Program-made: the position numbers and the translations under genes
Assembly: GCA_036867785.1 (NCBI GenBank)
Contig: CP145427.1
Span: forward strand, 434,001 to 498,000
DNA: 64,000 nucleotides
Direction: 5' to 3'
From: Plasmodiophora brassicae
Taxonomy: Eukaryota
Notes under the pieces: model-generated
Told to the model about the DNA's origin: nothing
What the model saw: the letters and a program-made list of their open reading frames with translations, nothing else
Databases searched by the model: none
In this document: positions 1-12,286 of the stretch, in pieces
Position numbering within the stretch: the first letter of the stretch is position 1
How the letters are laid out: every line of letters begins with the position of its first letter

Positions 1-383
1 CGACAGACGCCCGGGTCCCTCTGCCCGGACAGGCACCGAAGCAGTTCGTGGGCGTGGCAGCGCTCCAGGACGGGGTCGCCGGCGAACGCGATGACCCGCC
101 GGCAGGCGCCCGAGTCGCCCGCGTCGGCCAGCAGGCGCAGCTGGTGCCGGACGAGGTCGACGTGCCGCCCGGCCTTCAGGTCGCGGTTATGCACCGACCA
201 TCGCAGCAGGTGCTCGGGGCCGCGCCCGAACAGCACGTCGCCCAGCAGGCGCAGCGTCGACAGCGTCGGCGCCGGCGCGAACTCGCGCACCCGGCACGCC
301 TGCTCGAACAGGACGTGGTCCGGCATCGTCGGCGCGGCCCGGCGCACGCCGGCCACCCACTGGCGCTGCACGAACACCTCCAT
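1..383 (-). CDS. Hypothetical protein, 5' part (runs off the window start)
   Basis: Open minus-strand frame from ATG at 383 (MEVFVQRQWVAGVRRAAPTMPDHVLFEQAC...) with strong GC3 codon bias and no stop before position 1. Confidence 0.55.
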   Translation of the reverse strand, partial: MEVFVQRQWVAGVRRAAPTMPDHVLFEQACRVREFAPAPTLSTLRLLGDVLFGRGPEHLLRWSVHNRDLKAGRHVDLVRHQLRLLADAGDSGACRRVIAFAGDPVLERCHAHELLRCLSGQRDPGVC

Positions 384-688
384 CGGACCCCGCCCGCCCG
401 CCCCAGTCAGCGCTGCAAATACGGCGTCGTCCCGCCAAAAACAAAAATGACGCGGTCGGGCCCGGCACTGCACATTCGTCGGCACTTGGCCGGCGCACGC
501 TCCCGGTGTGCAGTTCTGCGCCGGGCCGACTGGGGACCTGTTACGCGGTTTCTTCCGCACAGTCTGCCCGGCGCAGAACTGCACACCGGGAGCGTGTTAC
601 ATTAGCCGGGCGCGGGGGATCGCCAGTGGGTACACACCCACCCACCCACCCAGCATCCCCGGTTCGACCCGCGAACGAACGTGTGCCG

Positions 689-2258
689 ATGAAGGGGGTG
701 GCGTGCTGCGCCGTGGCGGCATGGGCGATGGCGGCGGGTTACCAGGTGGCGCACGGCTGCTTCGTTGCTGGTGGCGGCGGCGACGGGGACGTGATGTGCG
801 CCACGCTGCGCAACGTCGCGTGCGGGCGATGGCGGGCCGGCAATACGAGCGTGGCCGTTGGGCGCGTTCCGACTGCGAACGAGGTGCTCCTGATCCCGAA
901 TCTGGGCGGAGCGTCGCTGTCGTCGCATGTGGCGACGTGCAGCGAGCTCGGTAGGGCGATGGCCGTTGGCGGACGTCGACCGCAGCCTCAGACCGCAACG
1001 CACTGGACAGGGTGCCTGGGCATCATTGTGGCCGACACTGGCGTCGACCTTGACGTTCCGGGGCGGCTGCTGGACCAGTACTGGGAGATCGTCCCGCCGC
1101 CGCACGCTGTCGTCGCCAGTGTCCCCGTCGTCGAGGTCACTCGCCGCGTCTGGCTGCAGCTGGCGACGAAGGACGGCGGCGTCGTGACGTGGACGGGGAC
1201 CCGGTCCACAGCCTGGCACGACGTGGCGGCGTCGCGGCCGATGACGCTGTTCGGCATGCTGGCCGTGTGCTGGAGCGCGTTCAACGTCGCGCTCTGCGGC
1301 GTGAAGCTGAACGGCGTCCTGCGCGGCGCCAAGAAGCGCGGGTCAGCGCCGCTCTCCGCCCAGGTCGTCCTGGCCTGCGTCACGCTGTCGAGCGTCCTGC
1401 AGGGCGTCCACAGCGCCAACACGTACGCGGCGAATGGCACGGTCCGTTCGTCGTGCAGGTCGCTCGTCAGCCGGCGATCGATGAACGTTCGCTGTTGTGG
1501 CAGTGGGTGCCCGCCGAGGCGTCCGGCGTGCTGCTGTTCGCCCCGCTGTCGCTGCTGGACCTGGCGCTGGTCGTCATGGCGGTCAGCTGGCGCCGCGCCA
1601 TGACCTGGGGCTCGTGGCTGCCGGCGCCCGCCGAGGCGTCCCTGCAGGGCCTGATGCTGTTCGCCGCGGTGGCCTACGCGATCGCCGACGGGACCGCCGC
1701 CGTCGCCTGCGCCGTCACGTACGCGTCGTGCGCGACGCCGTCCCGCGCCCGGATCGGCGTCATGCAGGGCGCCCAGGCGGTGACAACGGCGGCCGTCGTC
1801 GCGAACGCCTGCGAGATGCTGTGGCGCCTTCAGCACCGGGGCGGCGCCGTGTAAGACCCGACCGCTGCGTTGTACGCGCGCCTCCCCCCTCTGACGACCG
1901 TTGTGCACGCCCCAGGCCCATGGCCGAGCGGGAACGGGCGCAGGCGCGCCTGCGCAACCGGGTCGTCCTGGGCATCGCCTGCCAGGTGCTCCTGCTCGGC
2001 GCCCTGACCCTGCTGGGGGCGACGCGGCGCGCGCCCACGTTCCAGATCGCCGCGGGCGCCGTCACGCTCGGAACGCTCGTCACGTGCACGACGCTGGCCC
2101 TGCACTTCCGCCGCGGCGGCGCCATCGTCGGGCACTGGCGCGCCAGCGTCGTCGTCACCGACATCGTCCAGCGCCTGCGCCGCCTGTCGGTCGTCGTCAG
2201 CCCGGGCGAGACGCGCCTGCACGACCCCGCCGACGCCGACCCGCCCCCGGTCCAGTAA
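689..2258 (+). CDS. Multi-exon multi-pass membrane protein with N-terminal hydrophobic signal
   Basis: MKGVACCAVAAWAMAAG start; several hydrophobic helices spread over ORFs 506..1603, 1189..1854 and 1497..2258, which need splicing to join; exon limits uncertain. Confidence 0.5.
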
Positions 2259-2353
2259 CTAACACGAACACACAGCGGCCGCACGCCACCTGTACTGGGT
2301 GTGCTAACGTAGTACGCGTCTGGGCGTTCAGGCGGGGCGGGTGGCGTCCGGAA

Positions 2354-3079
2354 ATGGCCGCCCGGCGCCCGCCGCGGTGCACAGCGGATATCGCGAACGC
2401 GCCGGTGCCCAATCGACAAGACCGGAGGGGGGCAGCGCGGGCGATGCTGGGTGGGTCGACGGCCGCGCCCGTGATCAGGAACCCGACGAAGGAGGGCTGG
2501 CTGGAGAAGCAGAGTCGGTGTGCTGTGCTGGTCGATCCCGGTTGGACGCGCGCTGACGCGTCGTCGTCGCACGCACGCACACACACACAGGTCGGATCCT
2601 GCGCGTCTGGAAGAAACGGTGGGTCGTCCTGGAGAACTCCAAGTTGTACACGTTCCGGAACGAGAAGGAGTATGCGAACCCGACCGAGGTCATCGACCTG
2701 AGCGTGTTCTCGTCCGTCAAGGTGGGGGCGTCGGCCGGCCGCGCGCCGCTGGGTGATGACCGCTAACGCATTGTCAGAGCTCGGAGGACGTCACGCGGCG
2801 GCCGCACTCGTTCGACGTCTACTCCAATGAGTACGGGTTCTCGTTGTGCGCCCCGTCGGCGAACGACAAAGAAGGTACGACGTTGGCACGTGCGCGCCTG
2901 TCGTCGTCATGGGATGGGGGGACCTGACCAGTGTTACCCACAGCCTGGATCCGCGCCATCGGTACACGACCCGGTCGGTGCGTTGCGCGTCGTCTAACGG
3001 GTTCGGGCGCACAGGTCGCGATATTGTCATGGCGCGCACGAACCAGTGGCAGGATGACGTCGACGCGTATGGCGAATAG
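2354..3079 (+). CDS. Pleckstrin-homology (PH) domain protein, 5 exons
   Basis: Spliced translation KEGWLEKQS/RILRVWKKRWVVLENSKLYTF...IDL...HSFDVYS...LCAPSANDKE/AWIRAI matches the PH consensus; GT-AG introns visible. Confidence 0.9.
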
Positions 3080-3262
3080 CAGTCATGGACACGGGCAACG
3101 CGTAGGCAGGATCTTCACCATCATCCGACGACGGCGACGACGATAAAGTATATATACCACGACGGTACGGACGAGCAACAACGTTGACGCTCTAGCAAGG
3201 CGTCGCAAAGACGGCGTAGACAAACAACAACAGCGTTTAACGAATTATCGCTCAGCGTCCGC

Positions 3263-4638
3263 CTAGATACGCTGGTAATGGGCCGGGTCGGAGACGGCCA
3301 GCTGGGCCTCGCGGCGTCGTTTGCGCGCGCCCAGGAACGACGACACTGCCCAGATTGCGAGGCCGCTGACAACGCCGCCCATGATGGCCCCGCCGACGAA
3401 CAGCGTCGTCCGCGACGCTTTCCCAATCTCGTCCTCGATCTCCCGGCCAACGTCGCCGTTGGCGCTGCGAACGCCCAGGCGGCGCACGCCATGCCGCCGG
3501 TCATCATCAGCATGTTCGAACACGTCGTCCGGTTGGTCCATGCACTGGGGCGACAGTTCCTTGCGGTGCTTCCACAGGCAGGCCACGAACGCGCGCTTCG
3601 TCGTCGCGTCCTGCAACCCAACGTCACGTCAGCGAGCGGACGTGACGTTTGTCGACGACACGCGTTGGGACCGGGCAGAATTTCAGGACGTCGTCCGCAC
3701 AGTGGAACGCAGGGCACTTGTCGACGACCGCCTTGCACTTGTCGGACAGCTTCGCCTCGTGGTGCACCAGGCACGACATGGTCTGCGCGACGCCCTTGCT
3801 GTCCTGGCAGAAGCGCTTGGCGTCCGCCTTGCAGGCCGAGTGGCAGCCGGCGCCGTGTTCGTCGCCAGCTTGGCCCTGGGCCACGAGTCAGCGCGTCGGC
3901 GACCGGTAACGTGGCAACGGGCAGACCAGGGTGCACGACGAGGACGACAGTTCCGCCCTGTGCTCGTAGATGCACTTCATGAAGTCGTGCTCGTTGTCGA
4001 CGTGCGGGCAGAACTTGGACGCGTCCTGCGCACAGGGGAACGCCGGGCACTTCCGAACGGCGGCGCCGCATGCGTCGCTCACCTGGTCGCGCTTCTCGAA
4101 CAGGCACGACATGATGGCCGGCAGGCCCGTTTCGGCGCCGCACAAGTCCAGGCGGTCCCGGTGGCACACGTGGCGCGCGTCGTCGAAGTTCGTCCGCTGG
4201 TACCGGGAGCCGGTGCACTCACCCGACAGCGTGCTGGCCTTTGTGCACCACGTACGTGTGATCAGTGGGGCGCGCGCCTTGCCAATCGTCGACCTAGGGT
4301 CGTCCCCGTCCTACCTTGCGGTTGAGCCACATGCACGACAGGACCTGGTCGTGCTTCTTGACGTCCGGGCAGAGGCGCATGGCGTCGCGGCTGCACCGGT
4401 AGGCGGGGCACGCCTTGACCGAGGCGCGGCAGGCGGGTTCCAGCTCGTCCTCGTGGTCATGGATGCAGTCGAGCACGGGGACCAGGCGGTGGACGTGCCC
4501 GCACAACCGGTCCCGGTCGTGCCGGCATGCCGCGTGCATCTTCATAAAATCGCCGCTCCCCCCGTCATCGGCGAGCGCGTCCGCGACAACGCCGAGCACC
4601 ACCAGCAGCAGCAGCAGCACGAGGACAGCCGTTCGCAT
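3263..4638 (-). CDS. Type I membrane protein with signal peptide, repeated Cys-rich (GLG1-like) modules, C-terminal TM and short tail
   Basis: MRTAVLVLLLLLVVLGVVADA signal; about 6 copies of C-x2-D-x3-C...CL-x2-H-x3-LS-x2-C; TM LFVGGAIMGGVVSGLAIWAVSSFLG; tail RKRRR...YQRI*. Confidence 0.75.
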
Positions 4639-4834
4639 ATTGGCCCAGGCGCAGGTTACTCGAAATGAAGCGCGCACGACCTACGCACCTGTTCCAACGA
4701 GCGTCCGAGCCATACGCGGCCCGGGTTCACCCGATTTCCGAGCCGCGGCCAGGGACCCCCCCTTTGTGTGTGCATTAATAGGACGTCGCATTGCGCGGGT
4801 CGGGTCGGGCCAAGTCCGTGGCCGCACTAAAAAT

Positions 4835-5145
4835 ATGTCGCGGCGTCGTTCGCGATCGCGATCGCCGCACGCCATCCGCTGGGTGCCGGACGATGGCCGG
4901 GACGACGGGCGGGAGCGCCCGTCGGCGCCCGCACCCGCGTCGTTCCTCGAGAGGTGTGTGTGTGCGCATCGCGCGCGCTTGCTGCCGCTGTTCCCGTGCG
5001 CTGACCGCCCCATGTCGCAGTCGGGCGCGGGAGCGCGCCGCTGTCAAGCTGCACCCGCTCGATATCTGGGAGCGATCGCCGTCGCCGCCGCCGCCCCCGA
5101 CCCCACGCCGATCGCCGAAACGCCACCGCCGCCGTTCCGCATCCC

Positions 5146-5176
<31 letters not shown>

Positions 5177-5711
5177 GCGGTCGGATCGCAGTCGTGATGC
5201 GCGGCGGGCGCGGAAAGCGGCGCGTCGCGAAGCGAAACGCCTCAAGAAGGAGGCCAGGCGCCTGAGGAGGAAGGCGAAGAAGGAGGAGGCGGGGACGACG
5301 AGGGCGCCGCCGGACGCTGGCAACGCCGACGAGTTCGGGCCGGCGCCGGCGCCGAAATTGTCGGGCACCATGTCGGAGCGCGAGTACGGCGGCGCGTTGC
5401 TGCCCGGCGAAGGGTCGGCGATCGCCAGCTACGTGCAGGCCGGGCAGCGCATACCGCGGCGCGGTGAGGTCGGCCTGACGTCGACCGAGATCGAGCGGTA
5501 CGAGACGCTCGGCTACGTCATGAGCGGGTCGCGGCACCATCGCATGAACGAGGTGCGCATGCGCAAGGAGGCCCAGGTGTACAGCGCCGAGGCGAAGCGC
5601 GCCATGGCCCTGGTCAACGCCGAGGAGAGCAAGCGCAAGGAGGCGAAGCTGATCGCCGACCTGCGCCAGTACCTGGACGACCAGCGGAAACCGACCGCGG
5701 GCGGCAACTAA
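4835..5711 (+). CDS. NKAP: NF-kappaB-activating protein-like splicing factor (NKAP, DUF926 C-terminus)
   Basis: RS-rich N-terminus, one intron, conserved YGGALLPGEGSAIASYVQAGQRIPRRGEVGLTS...GYVMSGSRH..MN..R.RKE.QVYSAE. Confidence 0.93.
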
Positions 5712-5785
5712 ACGGGCCCCTGCGATATAACCACCACGAGATATTTACTGCTGCCGGTTGGGGCAGGCGATCTCCCATGCACACG

Positions 5786-8407
5786 ATGCCAGCGCCGGCG
5801 GCGGGCGTCGGCGCTCTTCACCCATCGGTAAACGCGGGAGGCGCGCCCCACTGTGTTCGTTCGCGGCTGGGTGGCTGAACGCGCGCCGACAGGCGGGCAC
5901 GTTCGCCGGCGCGTCACGCCTGCTGCGGCACCTGGCGGGCACCGACGCCGCCAGCAGGACGGAGGGCATCTTCCAGAGCAGTGCCCCGCGGGACCTCGTC
6001 GCCAAGGTCGTTGATGGCGTGCAGGCGGGTCGCGGTACGTTCGCGAACGGGTTCCGACCCCCGTCGCGTGTCCGCTGAGACGGTGTGGGCACGCAGGCGT
6101 CGACCTTGGCAGGTTCGACGTGCACGTCGTCGCCGGCGCGCTGAAGCGCGTCCTGCAGGAGCTTCCCGCCGCCGTCATCTCGTGCCCGTCGACCCTGATA
6201 CAGATCCAGCGTATGGGGGCGGAGGACGGCGCGTATCGTCGCGCGATGGCTGACGGTGGTGCTCCCCCTTCCTCTGACAGGGACGTCGCCGAGCGCGGAC
6301 GCGTTCCGGGCGGCGCTGCTGGCGATGCCGACCGAGAATTACGAGTTCCTGTCGGAGCTGATGGCCCTGCTGGAGGCGGTCGTCGCGCACGGCCGCCTGT
6401 CGAAGATGACGCCCTCGTCGCTGGCGTACGTGTTCGGCCCGACGTTGATCCGGCCGCGGCCGGACTCAACGTCGACGCTGCTCGACGACCTGAAGGTCGT
6501 CAACCAGATCGTCCTGTTCCTGATCACGCATCGTGCCGCGATCTTTGACGGGCGCGGCCGGCCGGACGACCGCCGCCCGTCGCTGATCGAACAGGGCCGG
6601 CAGGTCGTCCTGGGCGACGCCACGCCGAAACGATGGTCCCGGTCGAGCCAGACGCGCGAGAAGCACTTCAAGAAGGTGACGACCCGCGCAGTGCCGCCGC
6701 CAGCTGCCGACGTCGCCCCGCGACGACGACGACCACCGCCACCGATCGACGACGACGACGACGACGACGACTGCCCGCCTGATTTCTCGCCGCCGAGCAC
6801 GCCGTCTGCTCCCGCTGACGTCGTCATCACGCGAGTCAGAACAGGTACGGCCTGCCGTGTCCGTCGCCAGGTCGCGATCGTCGTGCTGATGACGCCCTGC
6901 AGTCGGGCATCGTTCGCCGTCCCCGACGGCCACGGTCGTGACCGGTCGTCTTCAGACGCACGTCAGCGTGTCGGACGCGCCGCCAGCCGAACCGCCGCCG
7001 GAGCCGCCCCGGCCATCGTCGTCGTCGTGGTGGGACGACGCCGACCGCCTGCGCCAGCAGGCCGCCGCCCACAGCAGCACGACGCCGCTGAGCACGGACG
7101 ACATTGACGAGGTCGCTGCCGACGACGACCGCCGCACGCCGCCGGCCCCGATCTCGTCGACGTCGTCGTCCGTCGAGTCGGACGCCGGCGACGCGCGCCC
7201 CACGATGCGACCGTCGTCCGCGTCGAACCAGCGCCCGCGGCTGTCGTTGCCGGCGACGGCGCCCGACCAGCGGTCGCCTTCGTCCGTGCTGTCGATCTCG
7301 TCGGTCAGCTCGGCGTCGTCGCCGCGCGTGGACGCGGCCGGCGCCGGCGTCGTCGTCGTCGGGCAACCGGTCCGGAAGCGCAGGAGCCCGACCGGGAAGT
7401 GGGTCGCCCGGCAGCGGGACGCGATCCAGGAGGCTCTTCGCCAGCAGCAGCAGCGCGTCGTCGCCGCCCGGCCGCTGTCGATCCGGCCGCCGCCGCTCGT
7501 CCAGCGCCTACAGCTGTTCGACCCGATGGGCGCCAGGAAGGTGGCGGCGCGCACCGGCCAACCGCCTCCCGTCGCCGCCCGACCCCTGCCGTCGTCGTCG
7601 TCCTCGTCAGACGACGATCGGCGGCCGCCGGCGACGAGGCGATCGCAGTTCTCCCCGCCCGTCGCGTCGTCGTCGTCGCAGCCGGTCGTGCAACGCGGGC
7701 AATGGCACGTGGCCGCCGCCAGGGAGACGGCCGAGAGCGACCCCGTCCGTCACGACTACCTGGCGAGCATCGTCGCGCGCCTCGAAGGCGGGCCCGCCTC
7801 GCAGACGAGTTCCATGCGGCCGGACCACGACAACGCGACGCTGGACGCGTCGTCGGATTCGTCATGGGACGACGCCGCCGACGTCGTCGTTGTTGCCCAG
7901 CGCCCGTCGTCGTCGTCGTCCGCCGCAGCGACGCCGACGATCGCCAGTCGCCCGTCCCCGACCGTGAGCAGGTTGTCGCCGACGCGCATCGTCCAGGTCG
8001 GGAACCAGCTGGGCATGCTGCGCGTGCCGTCGCCCGCCGTGGACAACGCGTCCAGGGGCAAGGCGCTGCGAACGCAGCACTCCAACTCGCAGCCGACGGT
8101 GGCGCTGTCGTCCGGCTTCTACCGCATCCAGCGCGTGCGACGAAAGAAGATCGCCGGGCACGACAGCAACATGCCCGACGTCGACCTGTCGTCGTTGTCG
8201 GACGACAGCAACGATGACGATGACGATGCAAGTGTCGACCGTCGCGTCGTCCACGATTTCACGGTGAAGATCGGCGACGGCGCCCGGAAGCGGCATCACG
8301 CGTCGGCGCCCGTCGTGCCGGTGGCGTCAGCGCCCAAGCAGATGGGGCTGAGGCCGTTCGCGACCGACCTGGGACCAGAGGCGCCCACCTCGGCCGCCAA
8401 CCGATAA
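5786..8407 (+). CDS. RhoGAP-like domain protein with long disordered Ser/Pro-rich C-terminus
   Basis: Spliced motifs TEGIFQ, DVHVVAGALKRVLQELP, NYEFLSELMALL, KMTPSSLAYVFGPTLIRP; long last exon 6938..8407. Confidence 0.8.
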
Positions 8408-8474
8408 AATACCGACCCGGGGCGGGGGCACACGATGACGTGTCTGGTGCGATGGAAGGGGGAGGGGGCGCGCG

Positions 8475-9543
8475 TCAATGCGACGCCTCCAGCAGTTTCA
8501 TTCGGCGACGCGTGAAGTAGTGATGCCTCGTCGGTGCGGCGGGCGGGGCGGCCGCGCTCCCGAAGAACGACGTGATCGTCCGCTTCCTGTTCTCCTTCTG
8601 CCCATTGCCGTCGTCGTCGTCGTCGTCGTCGGGCCTGACGCCATGAGAGATCAGCCAGCGGCGAACGCGCCCGTCGTGAAACATACCACGCGACCGAGAC
8701 GCATCGCTGCTCGAGGATCGTCTTGGTCGTCTGCCAGCTGAACCGGACCAGGTCGGGGAACCCGAACACCTGTACAGCGGGGCGCGCACACGTTAGTCGT
8801 GCAGGTGGGCGCGGGGTGCCGCCATCACCCGTCCCCACCCGATCGCAGTGGTCCACGAGCCATTGCTTCGTGGCCGGGTCCGACGGGTACCCGCTGCCGA
8901 ACGCGCGACTGAACGGCAACGCGTCGCCGGCACCCTCCTCCTTGAACGACCACTCGCTGAGCAGGCGGTCGCGCGCCGTCTACAGAACACGTTCAGCAGC
9001 GGCAGTGCACATCGTCGTACGTCGTCGTCGCCGCCCGACCTTGGCGCAGATCGAGGCCGCCGACACGATCGGGAACAGGCTGTCGGCCTTCTTCCGCACG
9101 ACGCACTTGGCCTGGGGGAACAGCGCCGACAGCTTCCGCTCGTACTTGTCGGGGTCGCCGACCGTGTCGACGTAGATCTCGGCGACGGCGACGCCGGACG
9201 CCATGATGCGGCGCACGAGGCCGACGGCGCTGTCGTGCGAGATCAGGTTCAGGTTGTACTTGCGCCGGCGCAGCATCATGGCCGAGATCGTCGCCGCCGG
9301 GATCGCGTCCAGCTCGTACCGCAGGAACGCGCAGGCGTCGATCGCCGCCAGCAGGCGCTCCCGGTCGTCGGCGGTCAGCGTCTTCGAGTCGGCGACGCCG
9401 AGGTCGGCCAGCTGCGCCTGCCGGTCCACCGGGCAGTACGCGGCCCCGTACACGAGCGGGCCCAGCACGGGACCGCGCCCGGCCTCATCGATGCCGACCG
9501 CGTATCCCGCGGGCGACCCAGACGACGACGACGACGACGCCAT
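8475..9543 (-). CDS. RNASEH2A: Ribonuclease H2 catalytic subunit A
   Basis: GIDEAGRGPVLGPLVYG, DSK, YVDTVG, KADSLFPIVSAASICAKV, GSGYPSDPATK, FGFPDLVRFSWQT; 3 introns. Confidence 0.96.
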
Positions 9544-9752
9544 CTCCGCCAAAATGGGCGCCGATTCGCCACCATCCGATCGGTCGGGGGCGTCAAGGGT
9601 GGCGCGCGTTATAACGGGTGCGCTCGTCACGTCGGTTAGACGCAACGGGAGGAACGAAACTAGGAGTCTTTGCTGTCTAAAGTAACGTTCCTGACGTTCA
9701 CGCGAGGTCACAGACGCGTACGCTGCTCGGCAGCGACGCCAGCAGGATCTCG

Positions 9753-10530
9753 TTAACAGCGGTTCCACGCGTAGAACCAGCCAGGAATCGAACGACGGCC
9801 ATGGACTGATCGGCCGTCGTGTGGCGGATCGGGATCGGCGACAGGTGTACCGCAGGCGCCGTCCACTGTAGAGTTCGGAATCAACATGATCAGGACTGCC
9901 AGCTCCCGAAACGTTTGGTAGACGCGAAAGTTGCCATTGCGACGGCGTTCATTGACCTGAACGTTGAATCTAGACCCAATAAACTTGGCGCGTATCATGC
10001 CCACTTCAAGTCTCTCCGGATAAATCAGGTAGACTTTGTCCTCGACGAGGTCGTCATGGTGCCGAAGGACGAGTACCGGAATGGAGTGTTTCGTCGCTGC
10101 TGATGCTGTCATCCGACGAAATGGGTGGAGCAACTTGTCCCGGTACGGAGGAAGAAGGCAACGGGTTGGGAACCAAATCCGAGAAGTCGACCATCGTCAT
10201 TTGGACCTTATCCATGGCCCCAAGCTAACCTGCACGCCTCTTAAGTCGTCGCAGCGGATCCCCGGAAAGAGTGTCTCGCCGGCCGTGTGGGCAGGACCTG
10301 CGCCTCCATGAGCTAGGCAGGGTATTGGACAGACTGGCGCGCGCGGCAAACGTCGTCGTCGTTGCCGTGCCCGACAAGAAGCAGGGAAATCCCGTTACTC
10401 GAAGGAAGCAACTGGAACGATACCGCAGTTTCGAATAGCTTCGCAATGTGGAGAAGAACACGATGTGGGATATTGAGTAGCCCGTGGACGCTCAGCTGCG
10501 GAAACGGATCATCGTAACTCGTGTCGACTG
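9753..10530 (-). pseudogene. Decayed, deletion-ridden paralog of the chymotrypsin-fold Cys-protease gene at 45963..48364
   Basis: Fragments in collinear order: LFETAVSFQLL..SLLLVG, TLFPGIRC..VSLGPWIR, STVDGACGTPV; stops and frameshifts between them. Confidence 0.65.
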
Positions 10531-10880
10531 ATGATGACCCAGTCCAAAACGTGGCCGATCTGCTCCCTGTGGATGCGCGTCCTGGTTCACCAGTCGACAC
10601 GAGTTACGATGATCCGTTTCCTCAGCTGAGCGTCCACGGGCTACTCAATATCCCAGATCGTGTTCTTCAGCACATTTCGAAGCTATTCGAAACCGCGGTA
10701 TCGTTCCAGTTGCTTCCGTCGAGTAACGGGATTTCCCTGCTTCTTGTCGGGCACGACAGCGACGACGACGTTTGCCGCCCACACGGCCGGCGATACACTC
10801 TTTCCGGGGATCCGTTGCGACGACTTAAGAGGCGTGCAGGTTAGCTTGGGGCCATGGATAAGAGCCAGTGACGATGGTCG
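10188..10880. repeat. Long inverted repeat (arms about 10188-10530 and 10591-10880, 60-bp loop)
   Basis: e.g. aaacggatcatcgtaactcgtgtcgactg versus cagtcgacacgagttacgatgatccgttt; arms align throughout with scattered mismatches and about 50 bp extra in the left arm. Confidence 0.92.
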
Positions 10881-10929
10881 CAGATCGCGTTCTTCTCCAC
10901 GATCAGGCAAGCTGATGCAACAGGCGCTT

Positions 10930-11310
10930 TGACCGGGTCTATCGGGGTACCGAGCATGAAATTCAGCAATAGCTTTTAGTCTAGCCCCCAGTCCCATGGA
11001 GGTTGCCCGCGGGTTCCCTGGTGCGGTCGGACGAGGAGTATCCTTCCCAGTCTATGAGGTACCGCAGCCGCCCCGACAGGTATCGGGAATGAAGGATCGA
11101 AAAATGAACATGGACGCTGGTCATCATTTTCCAATACAATAGGCGGTGGTGGCGGCTGGAGGCGACGTCGCGCACGGAAGGACATTAATACGGTTCCAGT
11201 TGTGACACATGGACCACGTTATGTAGACGCGAGGTAGGAGGCAGTTTCACTTCGTAGGCGACAGGGTTAACGGTGCGAACAACTTGGAAGGCATGACTGA
11301 TCGTGACATG
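10930..11310 (-). mobile_element. Degenerate Ty3/gypsy chromovirus pol 3' end (integrase C-terminal region + chromodomain)
   Basis: FQVVRTVNPVAYEVKLPPTSRLHNVVHVSQLEPY*...ILHSR..GRLRYLIDWEGYSSSDRTREPAGNL...IAEFHARYPDRP, with internal stops. Confidence 0.85.
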
Positions 11311-11411
11311 TTGACGGGCTAACAGCAGTCGTCGCCGTTCCGCCCGCCTCGTTCCGTCTCTGTCTGCCCGTCCCGCCTGCCGTCCCTGTCTGCCAACTGG
11401 CCGTATTCGCG

Positions 11412-11740
11412 ATGTCAACCCGCGAGGACCAGATCGCCGCGCTGTCCCAGCATGTCCGGGACGTCACGCTCACTATCAACGACATCCTTCACCAGCTGAA
11501 AGCAATGCAGTCTGTCGTGGCCGACGGGGTCGAAGATGTCGTGGGGACAGCGATAAATCGAGCGCTAGCCCGAAGAGTCGACGCTGTCGAACGAGCCGTC
11601 GGCGACACCCCGACACATCGTCGACCACCCGATCCACTTGCCCCGATTTACCGGGCGTATCCGCAACTGTTCCACCAATTCACGTGACTTTCTGAAATGC
11701 CGCTGCAGGTTCCGATCGTCGTTGGCGACCTGACTCCCGC
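11412..11740 (+). mobile_element. Probable gag N-terminal remnant of an LTR retrotransposon
   Basis: Coiled-coil-like MSTREDQIAALSQHVRDVTLTINDILHQLK followed, after a frameshift, by IHLPRFTG...SRDFL, which resembles the gag P-x-F-x-G...FL motif. Confidence 0.45.
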
Positions 11741-11988
11741 CGGCGGCGCGCACAGCGCGCCCTTCTGAACTCGCTGGAAGGCCCGGCGTTGGAAGTCTAT
11801 TTCGGGCTGCCTGACGACGCGTGTCGGGTCGCCGACGACGGAACCTGCAGCGTCCTCTTGACAGGCCTTGCAGAAAGTCACGTGAATTGGGGGAACAGAC
11901 GTCGCGGATACGCCCCGTAAATCGGGGCAAGTGGATCGGGTGGTCGACGATGTGCCGGGGTGTCGCCGACGGCTCGTTCGACAGCGTC
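11581..11988. repeat. Inverted repeat (arms about 11581-11735 and 11822-11988, loop about 85 bp)
   Basis: acgctgtcgaacgagccgtcggcgacaccc...cacgtgactttctg...gctgcaggttccg is mirrored as reverse complement in 11822-11988. Confidence 0.9.
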
Positions 11989-12286
11989 TTGTCGGGCGCG
12001 AGAAGGACGTGGACGTCAAGGAGCAAACGGCGGCGCAAGAGGTCATGAGCCGAGCTCCGGTGGGCCGAGGGAACGCGGCGCCAGAAGCCACGGCCAGGGC
12101 TCGGCTGGAGGCAGAGATCGCGGGCCTGAAGGAGGAGCTGCGGGCGGCGGGCGCCAGGGCCCAGACCGCAGCGATGCACGGGCCGGCGGTACGCGTGCGG
12201 TATGCAGCAGCGGCGAGCTGGCAAGCGGGACGGGCGAGGCGCCGGTGCGCGATCGAGGGGACGGCGAGCGCCTCCGGGCCGGGTTA

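Noticed and set aside
5146-8630. (GTC)n/(GAC)n microsatellites
   Set aside because: Ordinary poly-Ser, Asp or Thr coding tracts
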